Origin: Oligoflexia bacterium
Lineage (GTDB): Bacteria; Bdellovibrionota; UBA1018
Length of the DNA: 64,000 nt
Assembly (NCBI GenBank): GCA_014378465.1
Contig: JACMNQ010000075.1
Coordinates: 64,352 to 128,351, forward strand
Direction of reading: 5' to 3'
Positions 29,220 to 40,737 of this stretch are shown in pieces. The position numbers were made by a program, and so were the translations under genes. The notes under the pieces are model-generated. The model ran no database searches. It was not told where the DNA came from and saw only the letters and a program-made list of their open reading frames with translations. Each line of letters opens with the position of its first letter. The stretch's first letter is position 1.

Positions 29220-29890
29220 CTGCATTCATGACTCGTGCCCCAGGTCTCCTCGCTCCGTCCATTCTTTCCGCCGACTTTGCACGTTTGGGCGACGAAATCA
29301 AAGCCGTCGAAGCTGCCGGTGTCGAGTGGCTGCATGTGGACGTCATGGATGGAAACTTCGTTCCGAACCTCACGATCGGACCTCTGGTCGTCGAAGCGAT
29401 TCGCCCGCTGACCAGGCTCGTGGTCGATTGCCACCTGATGGTATCGCATCCTGAGTTCTGGATCGAACCTTTTGCCAAGGCGGGGGCTGATTGCATCACC
29501 ATCCACGCTGAAGCGACTTCACACCTCAGTCGACACCTGGCTCAGATCCGTGAGCTCGGCTGCAAAGCGGGGGTTTCGATCAACCCGGGAACTTCTATTT
29601 CCGTGATTGAGGAAGTTCTCGATCAGGTCGATCTAGTGCTCGTGATGAGCGTGAATCCCGGTTTCGGCGGGCAGGCATTCATGCCGAGCGCGCTCAAAAA
29701 AATTGAAAGACTCGCGCAGATGCGGGGTTCCCGCAAATACCTCATCGAAGTTGATGGAGGGGTGAAAGCCGACAACATCGCCGCCGTGAGAAAAGCCGGC
29801 GCCGATGTGTTCGTGGCGGGTTCCGCGATTTTCGCCGCCAAAGATCGCGCCGCCGCAGTGAAACAGCTCAGATCAGCAATGGAGTCCTAA
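29216..29890 (+). CDS. rpe: Ribulose-phosphate 3-epimerase
   Basis: 'LAPSILSADFARLG...HVDVMDGNFVPNLTIGP', 'SVNPGFGGQ'. Confidence 0.85.
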   Translation: MTAFMTRAPGLLAPSILSADFARLGDEIKAVEAAGVEWLHVDVMDGNFVPNLTIGPLVVEAIRPLTRLVVDCHLMVSHPEFWIEPFAKAGADCITIHAEATSHLSRHLAQIRELGCKAGVSINPGTSISVIEEVLDQVDLVLVMSVNPGFGGQAFMPSALKKIERLAQMRGSRKYLIEVDGGVKADNIAAVRKAGADVFVAGSAIFAAKDRAAAVKQLRSAMES

Positions 29891-29893
29891 GTC

Positions 29894-31420
29894 ATGGAAG
29901 TTCTCAAACTCGGCCTCAAGCCCATCACACCTCAGGATATTCACGACGTCGCGGTGCTCGGTCGCAAAGTGGAGCTTTCCCCCACGGCCATTCGCAAGAT
30001 CAAAAAAGCCCATCAGTACCTCCAGTCTGAAATCAAAAAGGGCAAGACGATGTACGGAGTCAATACGGGCTTCGGACTTCTGTCCAACGTACGCATTGCC
30101 GCCCATGACATCGAAAATCTGCAGTACAATCTCCTGCGTTCGCATTCGGTGGGGATTGGCAACTACTTGCCCGACCATCAATCTCGCGCCATGGTGCTTC
30201 TGCGCGGCGCGAATCTCTCGCTCGGACATTCAGGTGTCAGCCTTGAGCTCGTTCAACACATTCTGAAGGTTCTCAATCGCGGCGTCTGCCCCATGATCCC
30301 GGAGCAGGGATCCGTTGGCGCAAGCGGGGATCTTGCACCTCTCTCGCATCTCGCCCTCGTTCTGATTGGCGAAGGAAAAGCGCGCTATAAAGGCCGTGAA
30401 ATGTCCGGAGCCAAAGCCCTCGCGGCCGCTGGCCTGAAACCGATTCGCCTGGGAGCCAAAGAAGGCCTGGCTCTCATCAACGGCACGCAGTTCATGACGG
30501 CCATCGGTGCACTCGCCTTGATTGAAGCTGAACACCTCTGCGACGTCGCTGATCTCGCTGGCGCCATGTCGATGGAAGCTTTGCGCGGCACGACTGCTGC
30601 ATTTGAACCCGAAATTCAGCGAGTGCGTCCGCATCCAGGTCAGATCGAAACTGCTCGGAGAATGAAGAAGATCATGCTCTCGGGCGGCAAAAGTGAAATC
30701 TCCGAAAGTCACGTCGGCTGCGAACGCGTGCAGGATCCTTACAGTCTGCGCTGCATCCCGCAGGTTCACGGCGCCTCACGTGATACGCTCGCTTTTGTTC
30801 GCGGAGTGATCGAGCGCGAGATCAACTCCGTCACGGACAATCCTCTGATTTTCCCGGATGAAAAAAAGATTCTGAGCGGCGGAAACTTTCATGGTCAGAT
30901 CGTCTCGATCGCCATGGATGCTCTGTCGATTGCCGTGGCTGAAATCGGCAGTATCTCCGAGCAGCGCATGGAGAAGCTGATCAATCCGGCGATTTCCGGC
31001 CTTCCGGCATTTCTCACCACCAAGGGCGGACTCAACAGCGGTTACATGATCGTGCAGGTTGCGGCAGCCAGCATCGTCTCTGAAAACAAGACGCTTTGTC
31101 ATCCGGCGAGCGTGGACTCGATCCCGACCTCGGCTGACAAGGAAGATCATGTCAGCATGGGCGCCTGGGCAGCTCGCAAAGCCTTGATGGTCGTGACCAA
31201 CACGCGCCGAGTGCTTGCGATGGAACTTCTCAGCGGCGCGCAGGGGATTGATCTCCTGAGACCTCTCAAGTCTTCCGTCATCATCGAAAAAGCGCATCGC
31301 CTGATTCGCAGGAAGGCAGCCATGATGGACACCGATCGTTCCCTTCATGAAGACATGAAGTACGTCGAAACTCTGATTGCCAAAAAAGAATTTGAAAAAA
31401 CATGTCTGGGAGGTCTCTGA
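29894..31420 (+). CDS. hutH: Histidine ammonia-lyase
   Basis: MIO-forming '[17 protein letters not shown]' motif. 508 aa. Confidence 0.85.
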   Translation: MEVLKLGLKPITPQDIHDVAVLGRKVELSPTAIRKIKKAHQYLQSEIKKGKTMYGVNTGFGLLSNVRIAAHDIENLQYNLLRSHSVGIGNYLPDHQSRAMVLLRGANLSLGHSGVSLELVQHILKVLNRGVCPMIPEQGSVGASGDLAPLSHLALVLIGEGKARYKGREMSGAKALAAAGLKPIRLGAKEGLALINGTQFMTAIGALALIEAEHLCDVADLAGAMSMEALRGTTAAFEPEIQRVRPHPGQIETARRMKKIMLSGGKSEISESHVGCERVQDPYSLRCIPQVHGASRDTLAFVRGVIEREINSVTDNPLIFPDEKKILSGGNFHGQIVSIAMDALSIAVAEIGSISEQRMEKLINPAISGLPAFLTTKGGLNSGYMIVQVAAASIVSENKTLCHPASVDSIPTSADKEDHVSMGAWAARKALMVVTNTRRVLAMELLSGAQGIDLLRPLKSSVIIEKAHRLIRRKAAMMDTDRSLHEDMKYVETLIAKKEFEKTCLGGL

Positions 31421-33177
31421 TGTCCAAATCCATTTCCGCTTCACCTGGTATTTCAAGCCCGTCCTCACCATCGGCCTTGTCGGGCACACGCGTGGTACGC
31501 GCCAGCCGTGGCACCACTCTTCAGTGCAAGGGCTGGCAGCAGGAAGCCGCACTGCGCATGCTCATGAACAATCTCGACCCCGAGGTCGCTGAGAATCCCG
31601 CTGAACTCGTCGTTTATGGCGGCAGCGGCAAAGCGGCACGAAACTGGGCCTGTTTTGATGCGATCGTGAAAGCCCTCAAGGAGCTCGAGAACAACCAGAC
31701 GCTGCTCATCCAGAGCGGCAAGCCCGTGGCCGTGTTTCCTTCTCATCCCGATGCTCCTCGCGTGCTTCTCTCCAACAGCATGCTCGTTCCGAAATGGGCG
31801 ACCTTTGAATACTTCCGCGAGCTCGAAGACAAAGGCCTCATGATGTACGGTCAGATGACGGCTGGTTCCTGGATCTACATCGGTACCCAGGGCATCGTTC
31901 AGGGTACTTATGAAACTTTCGCCGAAGCCGGACGTCAGCATTTCAAAGGGGATCTCGCAGGGCGCGTGATTCTGACGGCGGGACTGGGAGGAATGGGAGG
32001 AGCCCAGCCTCTGGCCGCATCCATGGCGGGAGCTGTATCACTCAACATCGAGGTGGATCCTGAGCGTGCAAAGAAACGCATTGAGACTCGTTACCTGGAT
32101 GTTCTTACTTTTGATCTCGACGATGCCCTCACACAGGTCGCTGCCGCAAAGAAGGCAAAAAAGGCGGTCAGCATCGGGCTTGTAGGCAATGCGGCCGAAG
32201 TTCTCTGGGAACTCCTGGACCGTGGCTTCAATCCGGACCTCGTGACGGATCAGACCAGTGCCCATGATGAACTCAACGGGTATGTTCCTCACGGGATGCC
32301 GCTCGAAGCAGCCTACGCCCTTCGTAAATCGGATCCAAAAACATACAGCGCTAAATCGGTAGCCAGCATGGGCAGGCATGTCGAAGCGATGCTCGAGTTC
32401 CAGAAGCGCGGCTCACATGTTTTTGACTATGGAAACAACATCCGCGCTCAGGCCGTCAAAGCGGGAGTCTCGAACGCTTTCGACTTTCCGGGTTTCGTGC
32501 CGGCTTACATTCGTCCGCAGTTTTGCGCAGGACGTGGTCCTTTTCGCTGGGTGGCGCTCTCGGGCGATCCCGCTGACATCAAGGTCACGGATCAGGCGCT
32601 TGCCGAGCTTTTTCCTGATGACAAAAGCCTGATTCACTGGCTTGGCATGGCTGAAGAGCGCATTCAGTTTCAGGGACTGCCTGCGCGAATCTGCTGGCTG
32701 GGCTACGGCCAGCGTGAGAAAGCTGGACTTCTTTTCAACAAGCTCGTTCGCGAAGGCAAAGTGAAAGCTCCGATCGTCATTGGGAGAGATCACCTGGACT
32801 GCGGATCGGTCGCTTCTCCGAACCGTGAAACAGAAGCGATGATGGACGGTTCAGATGCCGTGGCCGATTGGCCGGTTCTGAACGCCATGATCAACTCGGT
32901 CAATGGCGCGACCTGGGTCAGCCTGCACCATGGCGGTGGGGTCGGAATCGGCTACTCCATTCATTCAGGCATGGTCATCGTCGCGGACGGAACGAAGGAT
33001 GCTGACGCCAGACTGTCACGCGTTTTGAATTCTGACCCCGGCATGGGCGTCGCGCGCCACGCGGATGCGGGTTATCCAATCGCGATCCAGATCGCGGGCG
33101 AAGAATTCAAAGAGCGAGGCGGGTCCATCCCCATGCTTCAGTCGCTCGGCAACACGTCGCACGGAAATACGAAGTAA
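31420..33177 (+). CDS. hutU: Urocanate hydratase
   Basis: Urocanase-length protein with '[10 protein letters not shown]' NAD-binding region. GGGAGG RBS 7 nt before the ATG at 31420 (TGATG overlap with hutH). An in-frame ATG at 31402 is an alternative. Confidence 0.85.
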   Translation: MSKSISASPGISSPSSPSALSGTRVVRASRGTTLQCKGWQQEAALRMLMNNLDPEVAENPAELVVYGGSGKAARNWACFDAIVKALKELENNQTLLIQSGKPVAVFPSHPDAPRVLLSNSMLVPKWATFEYFRELEDKGLMMYGQMTAGSWIYIGTQGIVQGTYETFAEAGRQHFKGDLAGRVILTAGLGGMGGAQPLAASMAGAVSLNIEVDPERAKKRIETRYLDVLTFDLDDALTQVAAAKKAKKAVSIGLVGNAAEVLWELLDRGFNPDLVTDQTSAHDELNGYVPHGMPLEAAYALRKSDPKTYSAKSVASMGRHVEAMLEFQKRGSHVFDYGNNIRAQAVKAGVSNAFDFPGFVPAYIRPQFCAGRGPFRWVALSGDPADIKVTDQALAELFPDDKSLIHWLGMAEERIQFQGLPARICWLGYGQREKAGLLFNKLVREGKVKAPIVIGRDHLDCGSVASPNRETEAMMDGSDAVADWPVLNAMINSVNGATWVSLHHGGGVGIGYSIHSGMVIVADGTKDADARLSRVLNSDPGMGVARHADAGYPIAIQIAGEEFKERGGSIPMLQSLGNTSHGNTK

Positions 33178-33180
33178 CTC

Positions 33181-34428
33181 ATGCTGAAGCAGTACCGTGC
33201 GGTCATCCATGCAAGCGAACTCCTGACGGGTGAGGGGATCCGTGCCAAAAGCGGCCGCCATGTGGTCGAAGCCGACTTGGGCCGTATTTCAGATGGCGCG
33301 ATCGTTTACAGTGTCCGCATGAGTGATGGCATCGAAGTCCCCGATCAAGTGGTCTGGGTCGGCGCAACCGGTGCTCTGCCAGCCGAGTACCGGTCCATCC
33401 CCACTCGTGATCTCGAAGGCAAGCGAGCCGTGATTCCGGGCCTGATCGATTGCCACACCCATCTCGTCTTTGCCGGAAATCGAGCCGATGAATTTGCCCT
33501 TCGCTGCGGTGGCGCCACTTACGAGGAGATCGCTTTGATGGGCGGCGGAATCAACTCGAGTGTTCGCGCGACACGTGCCGCCTCAATCGAGGAACTTGAA
33601 GCTTTGGCGTGTGAACGCCTGCGCGAAGCGTGGTCTTTTGGGGTGAGAGCTCTCGAAATCAAGAGTGGCTATGGACTGTCTCTCGAAGCGGAACTCAAAG
33701 TGCTCGAAGTGATTCCTCGCTTGCGCAAAAAGTTTCCGCAGATGACCTTGACCGCGACTTTTCTGGGGGCACATGCTTTCCCACCGGATCAAAGTCGCGA
33801 GGACTACCTCCAGGACATCATTGAACGGATGTTGCCAGAAGTAGCGCGAAGAGGGCTGGCTGACACCTGTGACGTGTTCATCGATGCAGGGTACTATACC
33901 GTCGAAGAAGGGCGAAAAATTCTGACTGCTGCAAAGGCTCTCGGGCTCAAAACCAAAGTCCATGCGGATGAACTCGCCAACACGGAGTCATCGACGCTCG
34001 CGGCCGAGCTTGGCTGTCTTTCCGCTGATCACCTTTTGAAGATTTCAGATGCTGGCATTGCTGCGCTTGCGAAGTCCGAGACTGTGGCGGTCTGTCTCCC
34101 GGCGACGGCGTTCTATCTGAAAGCCCCGCACGCTCCAGCCCGTAAACTGCTCGATGCGGGTGCTCGGGTGGCTCTTTCGACGGATTTCAATCCAGGCACG
34201 AGCATGACTCTCAACCTGCCGCTCGTGCTGACGATGGGGGCGCTTTATCTCGGCATGAGCCGCGCCGAACTTCTCGCGTCGGTGACGTACACGGCCGCTC
34301 GGGCCTTGGGGCTCGAAGCTCGCAAGGGCAGTCTCGTTGCGGGCATGGACGCCGACTTCACCGTGCTTCCTTTTTCCACTTTCGAAGAAACGTATTACCG
34401 CTTTGGATGGGCACCCCCACATGACTGA
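33181..34428 (+). CDS. hutI: Imidazolonepropionase
   Basis: 'PGLIDCHTHLVFAG' amidohydrolase metal-binding motif. Positioned after hutU. Confidence 0.85.
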   Translation: MLKQYRAVIHASELLTGEGIRAKSGRHVVEADLGRISDGAIVYSVRMSDGIEVPDQVVWVGATGALPAEYRSIPTRDLEGKRAVIPGLIDCHTHLVFAGNRADEFALRCGGATYEEIALMGGGINSSVRATRAASIEELEALACERLREAWSFGVRALEIKSGYGLSLEAELKVLEVIPRLRKKFPQMTLTATFLGAHAFPPDQSREDYLQDIIERMLPEVARRGLADTCDVFIDAGYYTVEEGRKILTAAKALGLKTKVHADELANTESSTLAAELGCLSADHLLKISDAGIAALAKSETVAVCLPATAFYLKAPHAPARKLLDAGARVALSTDFNPGTSMTLNLPLVLTMGALYLGMSRAELLASVTYTAARALGLEARKGSLVAGMDADFTVLPFSTFEETYYRFGWAPPHD

Positions 34429-34843
34429 AATTCTCACGGGCCTGATCGAACCTCGGCAGCTGGAAGCTTTCTCCTGGTTTGAAAAACACCTTGAAGATGT
34501 TCAGTTCGATCTGGATTCCGTAGAAATCGCTCTGATCGCGAGAGAGATTCCCAAGGTCAGTATCGTGGTTTATCTCGGGACCTGGTGCGGCGACACTCAT
34601 GAGCAGGTCCCGCCATTCTTGAAATTGCTTGAACTTCTGCCTGAAGCACCTCTGGAGCTCAGGCTCTTTGCACTCGATCGCGCCAAAACCTATCCTGGTT
34701 TCACCAACACTCAGCACGTCGATAAAATTCCGACCTTCATCTTTCTGAAGGGTGGCTTTGAAGTGGGACGCATCGTGGAGTCTCCGATGCAGACTTGGGT
34801 TCATGATCTCCATGATATATTTTCAGAAAAACATTCGCATTAA
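34421..34843 (+). CDS. Thioredoxin-fold protein with a single-Cys (WCGDT) motif
   Basis: 'VVYLGTWCGDTHEQ' where WCxxC has become WCGDT. Start at 'MTEILTGL' overlaps the hutI end by 8 nt. Confidence 0.45.
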   Translation: MTEILTGLIEPRQLEAFSWFEKHLEDVQFDLDSVEIALIAREIPKVSIVVYLGTWCGDTHEQVPPFLKLLELLPEAPLELRLFALDRAKTYPGFTNTQHVDKIPTFIFLKGGFEVGRIVESPMQTWVHDLHDIFSEKHSH

Positions 34844-35112
34844 TTGAAAGTTTTGAGGCAAGCGTGGATAAGCATGAAGAATCCACTCAGCTTCAAGATT
34901 GAGGTCTCCGTCGCGTCCCTGAGGTGGGTGACGGCTTTTCTGCTGCAGCCTCCCGGTGCTGGTTCCGCGCATGCCGCTACACACGGGGTCGGCCTCGTCT
35001 GGAGAGGGGTCGGAGCCTGCAATGACGGCTGTGGGCAAGCCGCTGGTAAAATGGATCGGATGCGGCTTATGCCGTTGAGATGATCCTCCGGGCGTCCAGA
35101 CTGAAATAGCTC

Positions 35113-35814
35113 TTACTTGTAGTCGGAGGCGATCAATTCATCGACGGGACGATAAGGAATCCAGCGGTGAAAGCCGTAGTAGAAGACGACCGCGAGAAGG
35201 AGCCCTGAAATCACGTCGACCAGGTAGTGCTGTTTCGTCGTGAGCGTGGATAGCGCGATCAAAGTCGCCCAGATGAAAAAAAACGGGAATTTTTTTCGCT
35301 GATCATCCAGAAAGATGAAGCTCGAGAGGTATACACTGCTGACGTGCAGGCTCGGGCAGCAGCTCGCTGGAGTGTCGGTCTCTCTCAGGGCCGTGAATGC
35401 CATGAAAGAGAGATGGTCCATCGTCGCTGGAAGAGGAAACAATTCGCGTGGGTAAATGGTCGGCCAGATCCAGAAAATGCTGACACTGAAGACCTGAAGC
35501 AGGAGAAATGAATAGAGGTACTTGTTCGCATTCACCAGATCCTTGCAGGTGATGTAGACCGCGCCGAAAAAGATGTACTCACTCGTATAGATCCAGACCG
35601 TCTGGGGGATGAAGGGTACTGCCTGATCCACCCAGGTCATGGGCAGCATCTGGGGTGGAAAGAAGTGAAAATGATTGGCCGTCAGATACAGGATCGTGGC
35701 GATGGTGAACATCGCGAGTCCGGAGACGTACTTGTTTTCCTGAGTCAGGAAAAGCGGAAGGGCGGTCAGGCGCCTGAAGGATTTCAAAGTGAGGGTATTC
35801 TCTGAAAGGCTCAT
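35113..35814 (-). CDS. PAP2-superfamily-like membrane protein (acid phosphatase / lipid phosphatase fold)
   Basis: Six TM helices. 'CCPSLHVSS' (PSGH-like) and 'TKQHYLVDVISG' (SRxxxxxHxxxD-like) motifs. Confidence 0.45.
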   Translation of the reverse strand: MSLSENTLTLKSFRRLTALPLFLTQENKYVSGLAMFTIATILYLTANHFHFFPPQMLPMTWVDQAVPFIPQTVWIYTSEYIFFGAVYITCKDLVNANKYLYSFLLLQVFSVSIFWIWPTIYPRELFPLPATMDHLSFMAFTALRETDTPASCCPSLHVSSVYLSSFIFLDDQRKKFPFFFIWATLIALSTLTTKQHYLVDVISGLLLAVVFYYGFHRWIPYRPVDELIASDYK

Positions 35815-36413
35815 TTGGCGTCAGCCAGCCAGTCTTCAATCTGTTTGCGTGAGTCTGCGCTGTTCCAATCTTTTTCTCCACTTTCAATGAAGAGAATCTT
35901 CCGGTCATGATTCATGACCACGGTGAGCGGGATCGCATGGACGTCAAAGATGTCAGCCGTTTTGTTGTCAGGATCCTTGTAGATGGGAAAAGTCATGCCG
36001 AATTTTCTGACGGCATTGGGAACGACGGCTTCAGGATTGTCGTCGACATCGATGGAGACGACATCGAAGCCACGGCTGGCGTAGGTATTTCTCAGGGCGA
36101 CGATTGAAGGCATTTCCTGGACGCAGGCTTCGCACCAGGTTGCCCAGAAGTTGATCAGTGAGATTTTTGATTTCAACTGCGACGCCTGAATGGGTGGACC
36201 CTGCAGGGGAGTCAGTTTGAAATCGGGAAGAGTGACGCCAACCGCCAGTTGACCGGTTCCGGGTGGGCGGGACGGCGCAGGAAGCTGACTTTTCAGGAGG
36301 GTCAAGCCGCCGATCACGAGCAGCAGGATGATGGCAATCGGCAGGAGAACTTTGAAGAGTGTGGACCGCACTTTTCCGTCGCTTTGCTCAGGTGGTGAAT
36401 TCTGTGCTGACAT
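35811..36413 (-). CDS. TlpA/ResA-like membrane-anchored thiol:disulfide oxidoreductase
   Basis: N-terminal TM anchor. 'INFWATWCEACVQEMP' is a WCxxC thioredoxin motif. ATG at 36413 preferred; a TTG at 36422 is also in frame. Confidence 0.7.
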   Translation of the reverse strand: MSAQNSPPEQSDGKVRSTLFKVLLPIAIILLLVIGGLTLLKSQLPAPSRPPGTGQLAVGVTLPDFKLTPLQGPPIQASQLKSKISLINFWATWCEACVQEMPSIVALRNTYASRGFDVVSIDVDDNPEAVVPNAVRKFGMTFPIYKDPDNKTADIFDVHAIPLTVVMNHDRKILFIESGEKDWNSADSRKQIEDWLADAK

Positions 36414-36442
36414 AGTGATCAATGATACCCTAGAATAAAGAG

Positions 36443-36640
36443 ATGAAACACTTTCTTCATGACGAAAGTGGTCAGGCCGTTGTCGAGTACGTTCTCATTC
36501 TGGCAGTGGTCGTGTCCATCGTCAGTATAATGGCGAGTTCCTTCCGAAAGGTGCTCTTCAAATTCTGGGCACTCCTGAGCAAGGACATCACTGCGGGCTG
36601 CCCGGGTTGCGCCGCCGATCCGAATATTCGCGCTCGTTGA
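36443..36640 (+). CDS. flp: Flp/Fap-family pilin (Tad pilus subunit), orphan in this window
   Basis: 65 aa. 'ESGQAVVEYVLILAVVVSIV' matches the Flp prepilin G/xxxxEY cleavage motif followed by a hydrophobic helix. Confidence 0.65.
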   Translation: MKHFLHDESGQAVVEYVLILAVVVSIVSIMASSFRKVLFKFWALLSKDITAGCPGCAADPNIRAR

Positions 36641-37048
36641 GACATGCTGGCTTGACGATGATTCTCCTTCACTGAGGGCCCTTCCACCATGGGTACGTGA
36701 GTGAACTCACAGCGAGGAAGCCTTGAAAATCCCGCTGCCGGCCGCTCGCTGCCGGTGGATGCCCATCTGGTGAATCTGCATCAATCGATTCGAAATTGCC
36801 GGGATTGAATCGCCCTTTCATTCTTTGGGTCAAAATGAGTCAGCTCAGGTTCACAAGCGCTGCATGACTCCGACCCTGCGCGTACAGACTGTACGCTCTC
36901 CCTCGAAAAAGTGTATCCGCTGGGAACCGATCTGACTTCATCACACTTTCGTTTCCTCAAACGGTCTCTCGAACCAGCTGCAGAAAATTTCGCGGGGATG
37001 CGAGCTTTTTGACTCTTTGAGGCCCCAAGCTCTTCCCTGGCTACACGG

Positions 37049-37091
37049 TTTTCCCACCTCAGCGAACAGAGTGTTCGCTGAGGTGGGAAAG
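37049..37091. repeat. Perfect 18-bp inverted repeat (19-20 bp with a G-U pair) forming a very stable hairpin with a 3-nt loop
   Basis: TTCCCACCTCAGCGAACA gag TGTTCGCTGAGGTGGGAA. Sits in a 500-bp non-coding gap, about 65 nt downstream of the minus-strand RibD_C gene. No adjacent U-tract. Confidence 0.7.
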
Positions 37092-37157
37092 ACACTTTTC
37101 TCAGAGGGACTGACTTCCCCCGTTCGTGTAGACGATTTACCTCGCATGCGGAGGCAC

Positions 37158-37865
37158 TCAAGTGATCTTGCGATAGATCAAAAACAGCTCATCACCCACG
37201 ACTCGGCACTGGGAGAGTTTCAGATTCACAAGATCAGGAGGGTTGAAACCCTTGCCATCCACGAGAGTGGGCGCATCTGCCCCTCCCAGAATGCGCGGAG
37301 TGAGCGTGACATGGTACTCGTCGATCAGGTTCTCACTCACAAAATCCCACATGACTCCACCGCCGCCTTCGACCAGAAGCCTGCGGATACCGCACTCCTG
37401 CAAATGTTCCAGACACTGTGCAGTCGTTGACTTGCCCTTGAGCGGATTCAGGATGACGACTTCTGAAGTCTTCTGAAGCGCTTTCACTTTGGCTGCTGGA
37501 GCCTTTGGGCTGACAAAGAAGGTCCGGCGAAGACCGGGGTCCTTGAAAAAATCCCAGGACGGTGAGATGCCTTCGAGCTTTGAGCTCAGGATCACATTCA
37601 TGGGCTGCTTCGGAGTGGCCACACCGCGGACTTTGCAGAACTGCTTGAATGTTCGAAGAGTGGATGCGCCCATGAAGATCGCGTCGGCTTCGCGACGCAG
37701 GACCTGCATCTGTTCATGGTCGGCTTTGGTTCCCAGGAGAAAAAATGAACGATCGGCGGGGCCAATCTTGCCGTCCAAAGTTGTGGCGAGATTGGAGAAG
37801 ATGAAGAGAGGCTGAGGCTGGGTAACCGTTTTTTTGGCAGTTGGCTTCACGGATCTCTTGATCAC
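37158..37865 (-). CDS. RibD C-terminal-domain / dihydrofolate-reductase-family protein
   Basis: 'IFSNLATTLDGKIG...' N-terminus and 'LLVEGGGGV' motif, characteristic of RibD_C / YwjB-type reductases. Confidence 0.65.
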   Translation of the reverse strand: MIKRSVKPTAKKTVTQPQPLFIFSNLATTLDGKIGPADRSFFLLGTKADHEQMQVLRREADAIFMGASTLRTFKQFCKVRGVATPKQPMNVILSSKLEGISPSWDFFKDPGLRRTFFVSPKAPAAKVKALQKTSEVVILNPLKGKSTTAQCLEHLQECGIRRLLVEGGGGVMWDFVSENLIDEYHVTLTPRILGGADAPTLVDGKGFNPPDLVNLKLSQCRVVGDELFLIYRKIT

Positions 37866-38548
37866 GCTGGGTCAGACTTTCCCGATACCGGAGTTGCGGA
37901 CGCAGCCGGCGCCGAAGCGGCAGGTGCGGCTGGGGCTGCCGCGCTTTTCGGCGCGATGTAGTTCATTCCGACCAGGAAGATCTCTTTGCTTTCCTTGCGA
38001 GTGCTCTCGGGACGAAGGATGTGGATGATCTTGAATTTCGGTTTCATGAGTGCGCGAAAACGTTCGAACTCTTCACTGTGAAAGAGTTTGCAGATGAAGT
38101 GACCGTTGTGTTTCAGAAACTTTTCAGCAGTCTCCAGCGCGAGCTCGCAGAGTTCCACCGAGCGCATCTGGTCAGTCAGTTTGATCCCAGTCGTTTTTGG
38201 CGCCATGTCTGACATGACGATGTCAAAGGGGGGGGCGATTCCGTGCTTTTCCATGACCCGGGCCAGATCGAGTTGCCTCATGTCGGCCATGATGAAGAGT
38301 GCATTGGGGAGCGTGATCTTGATGGGTTGAAGGTCAATGCCGAGGACCCGTCCGGTCTTTCCCACCTGTTTGGAGGAATACTGTGCCCAGGAGCCTGGGG
38401 CTGCACCGAGGTCGAGGATCTTCATGCCGGGGCGAATGAGTTTGAACCGTTGGTCCATTTCCTCAAGTTTGAAGATGGAGCGAGCCGCATAGTTTTCGGC
38501 TTTCGCTTTCTTGAAAAAGTAATCCCTCTGGTTATAGGCCATGGTCAC
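37862..38548 (-). CDS. rlmE: 23S rRNA (U2552) 2'-O-methyltransferase RlmE/FtsJ with an Ala/Pro-rich C-terminal tail
   Basis: 'ILDLGAAPGSWAQY' SAM motif and FtsJ-like K-D-K-E arrangement. Confidence 0.8.
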   Translation of the reverse strand: MTMAYNQRDYFFKKAKAENYAARSIFKLEEMDQRFKLIRPGMKILDLGAAPGSWAQYSSKQVGKTGRVLGIDLQPIKITLPNALFIMADMRQLDLARVMEKHGIAPPFDIVMSDMAPKTTGIKLTDQMRSVELCELALETAEKFLKHNGHFICKLFHSEEFERFRALMKPKFKIIHILRPESTRKESKEIFLVGMNYIAPKSAAAPAAPAASAPAASATPVSGKSDPA

Positions 38549-38958
38549 TCACCCCGGTAGATCGAGGTGTTATTGTCCGTTTCATGGAGCTTCACTTCGA
38601 AAAGCTGGCCCTTCGCGAGGTGCGGCTCCAGAAGCTTCCAGATCACGACGATCATGTTCTCGGCAGTCGGATTGACCGTCTTGAAGACTTCCACGTCCAG
38701 ATTGAGGTGCTTGTGGTCCATGATGTCCGCGACGTGGGTATCCATGATCTTGCGTAGATCCGTGATATTCATCACCATGCCCGTTTTAGGATCAATCTCG
38801 CCCTTGATCGTGACTTCGAGGGTGTAGTTGTGACCGTGACCATTCTCATTGTTGCATTTGCCGAAGATCCGTTTGTTCTCCTCCACTGAGAGCTGGGAGG
38901 AGTTCAAGCGATGAGAGGCACAAAAAGTGATCTTTCGGGTCAGGTATACGGTTGCCAT
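38545..38958 (-). CDS. queD: 6-carboxy-5,6,7,8-tetrahydropterin synthase (QueD/PTPS family)
   Basis: 'TVYLTRKITFCASHRL...HGHNYTLEVTIKG' (Cys-His-His zinc ligands). ATG at 38958 preferred; a TTG at 38985 is also in frame. Confidence 0.75.
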   Translation of the reverse strand: MATVYLTRKITFCASHRLNSSQLSVEENKRIFGKCNNENGHGHNYTLEVTIKGEIDPKTGMVMNITDLRKIMDTHVADIMDHKHLNLDVEVFKTVNPTAENMIVVIWKLLEPHLAKGQLFEVKLHETDNNTSIYRGE

Positions 38959-38987
38959 ACCTCTTCTTCGCACATCTTGCGCCAAGC

Positions 38988-40737
<1,750 letters not shown>

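Noticed and set aside
34844-35083. 79-aa ORF in the convergent gap between the thioredoxin-like and PAP2-like genes
   Set aside because: GC-rich intergenic sequence, no RBS, Gly/Ala/Arg-rich.
36781-37161. 126-aa minus-strand ORF in the Flp-downstream gap
   Set aside because: No RBS, Arg/Ser-rich, and spans the large hairpin. The region is treated as non-coding but flagged as a finding.
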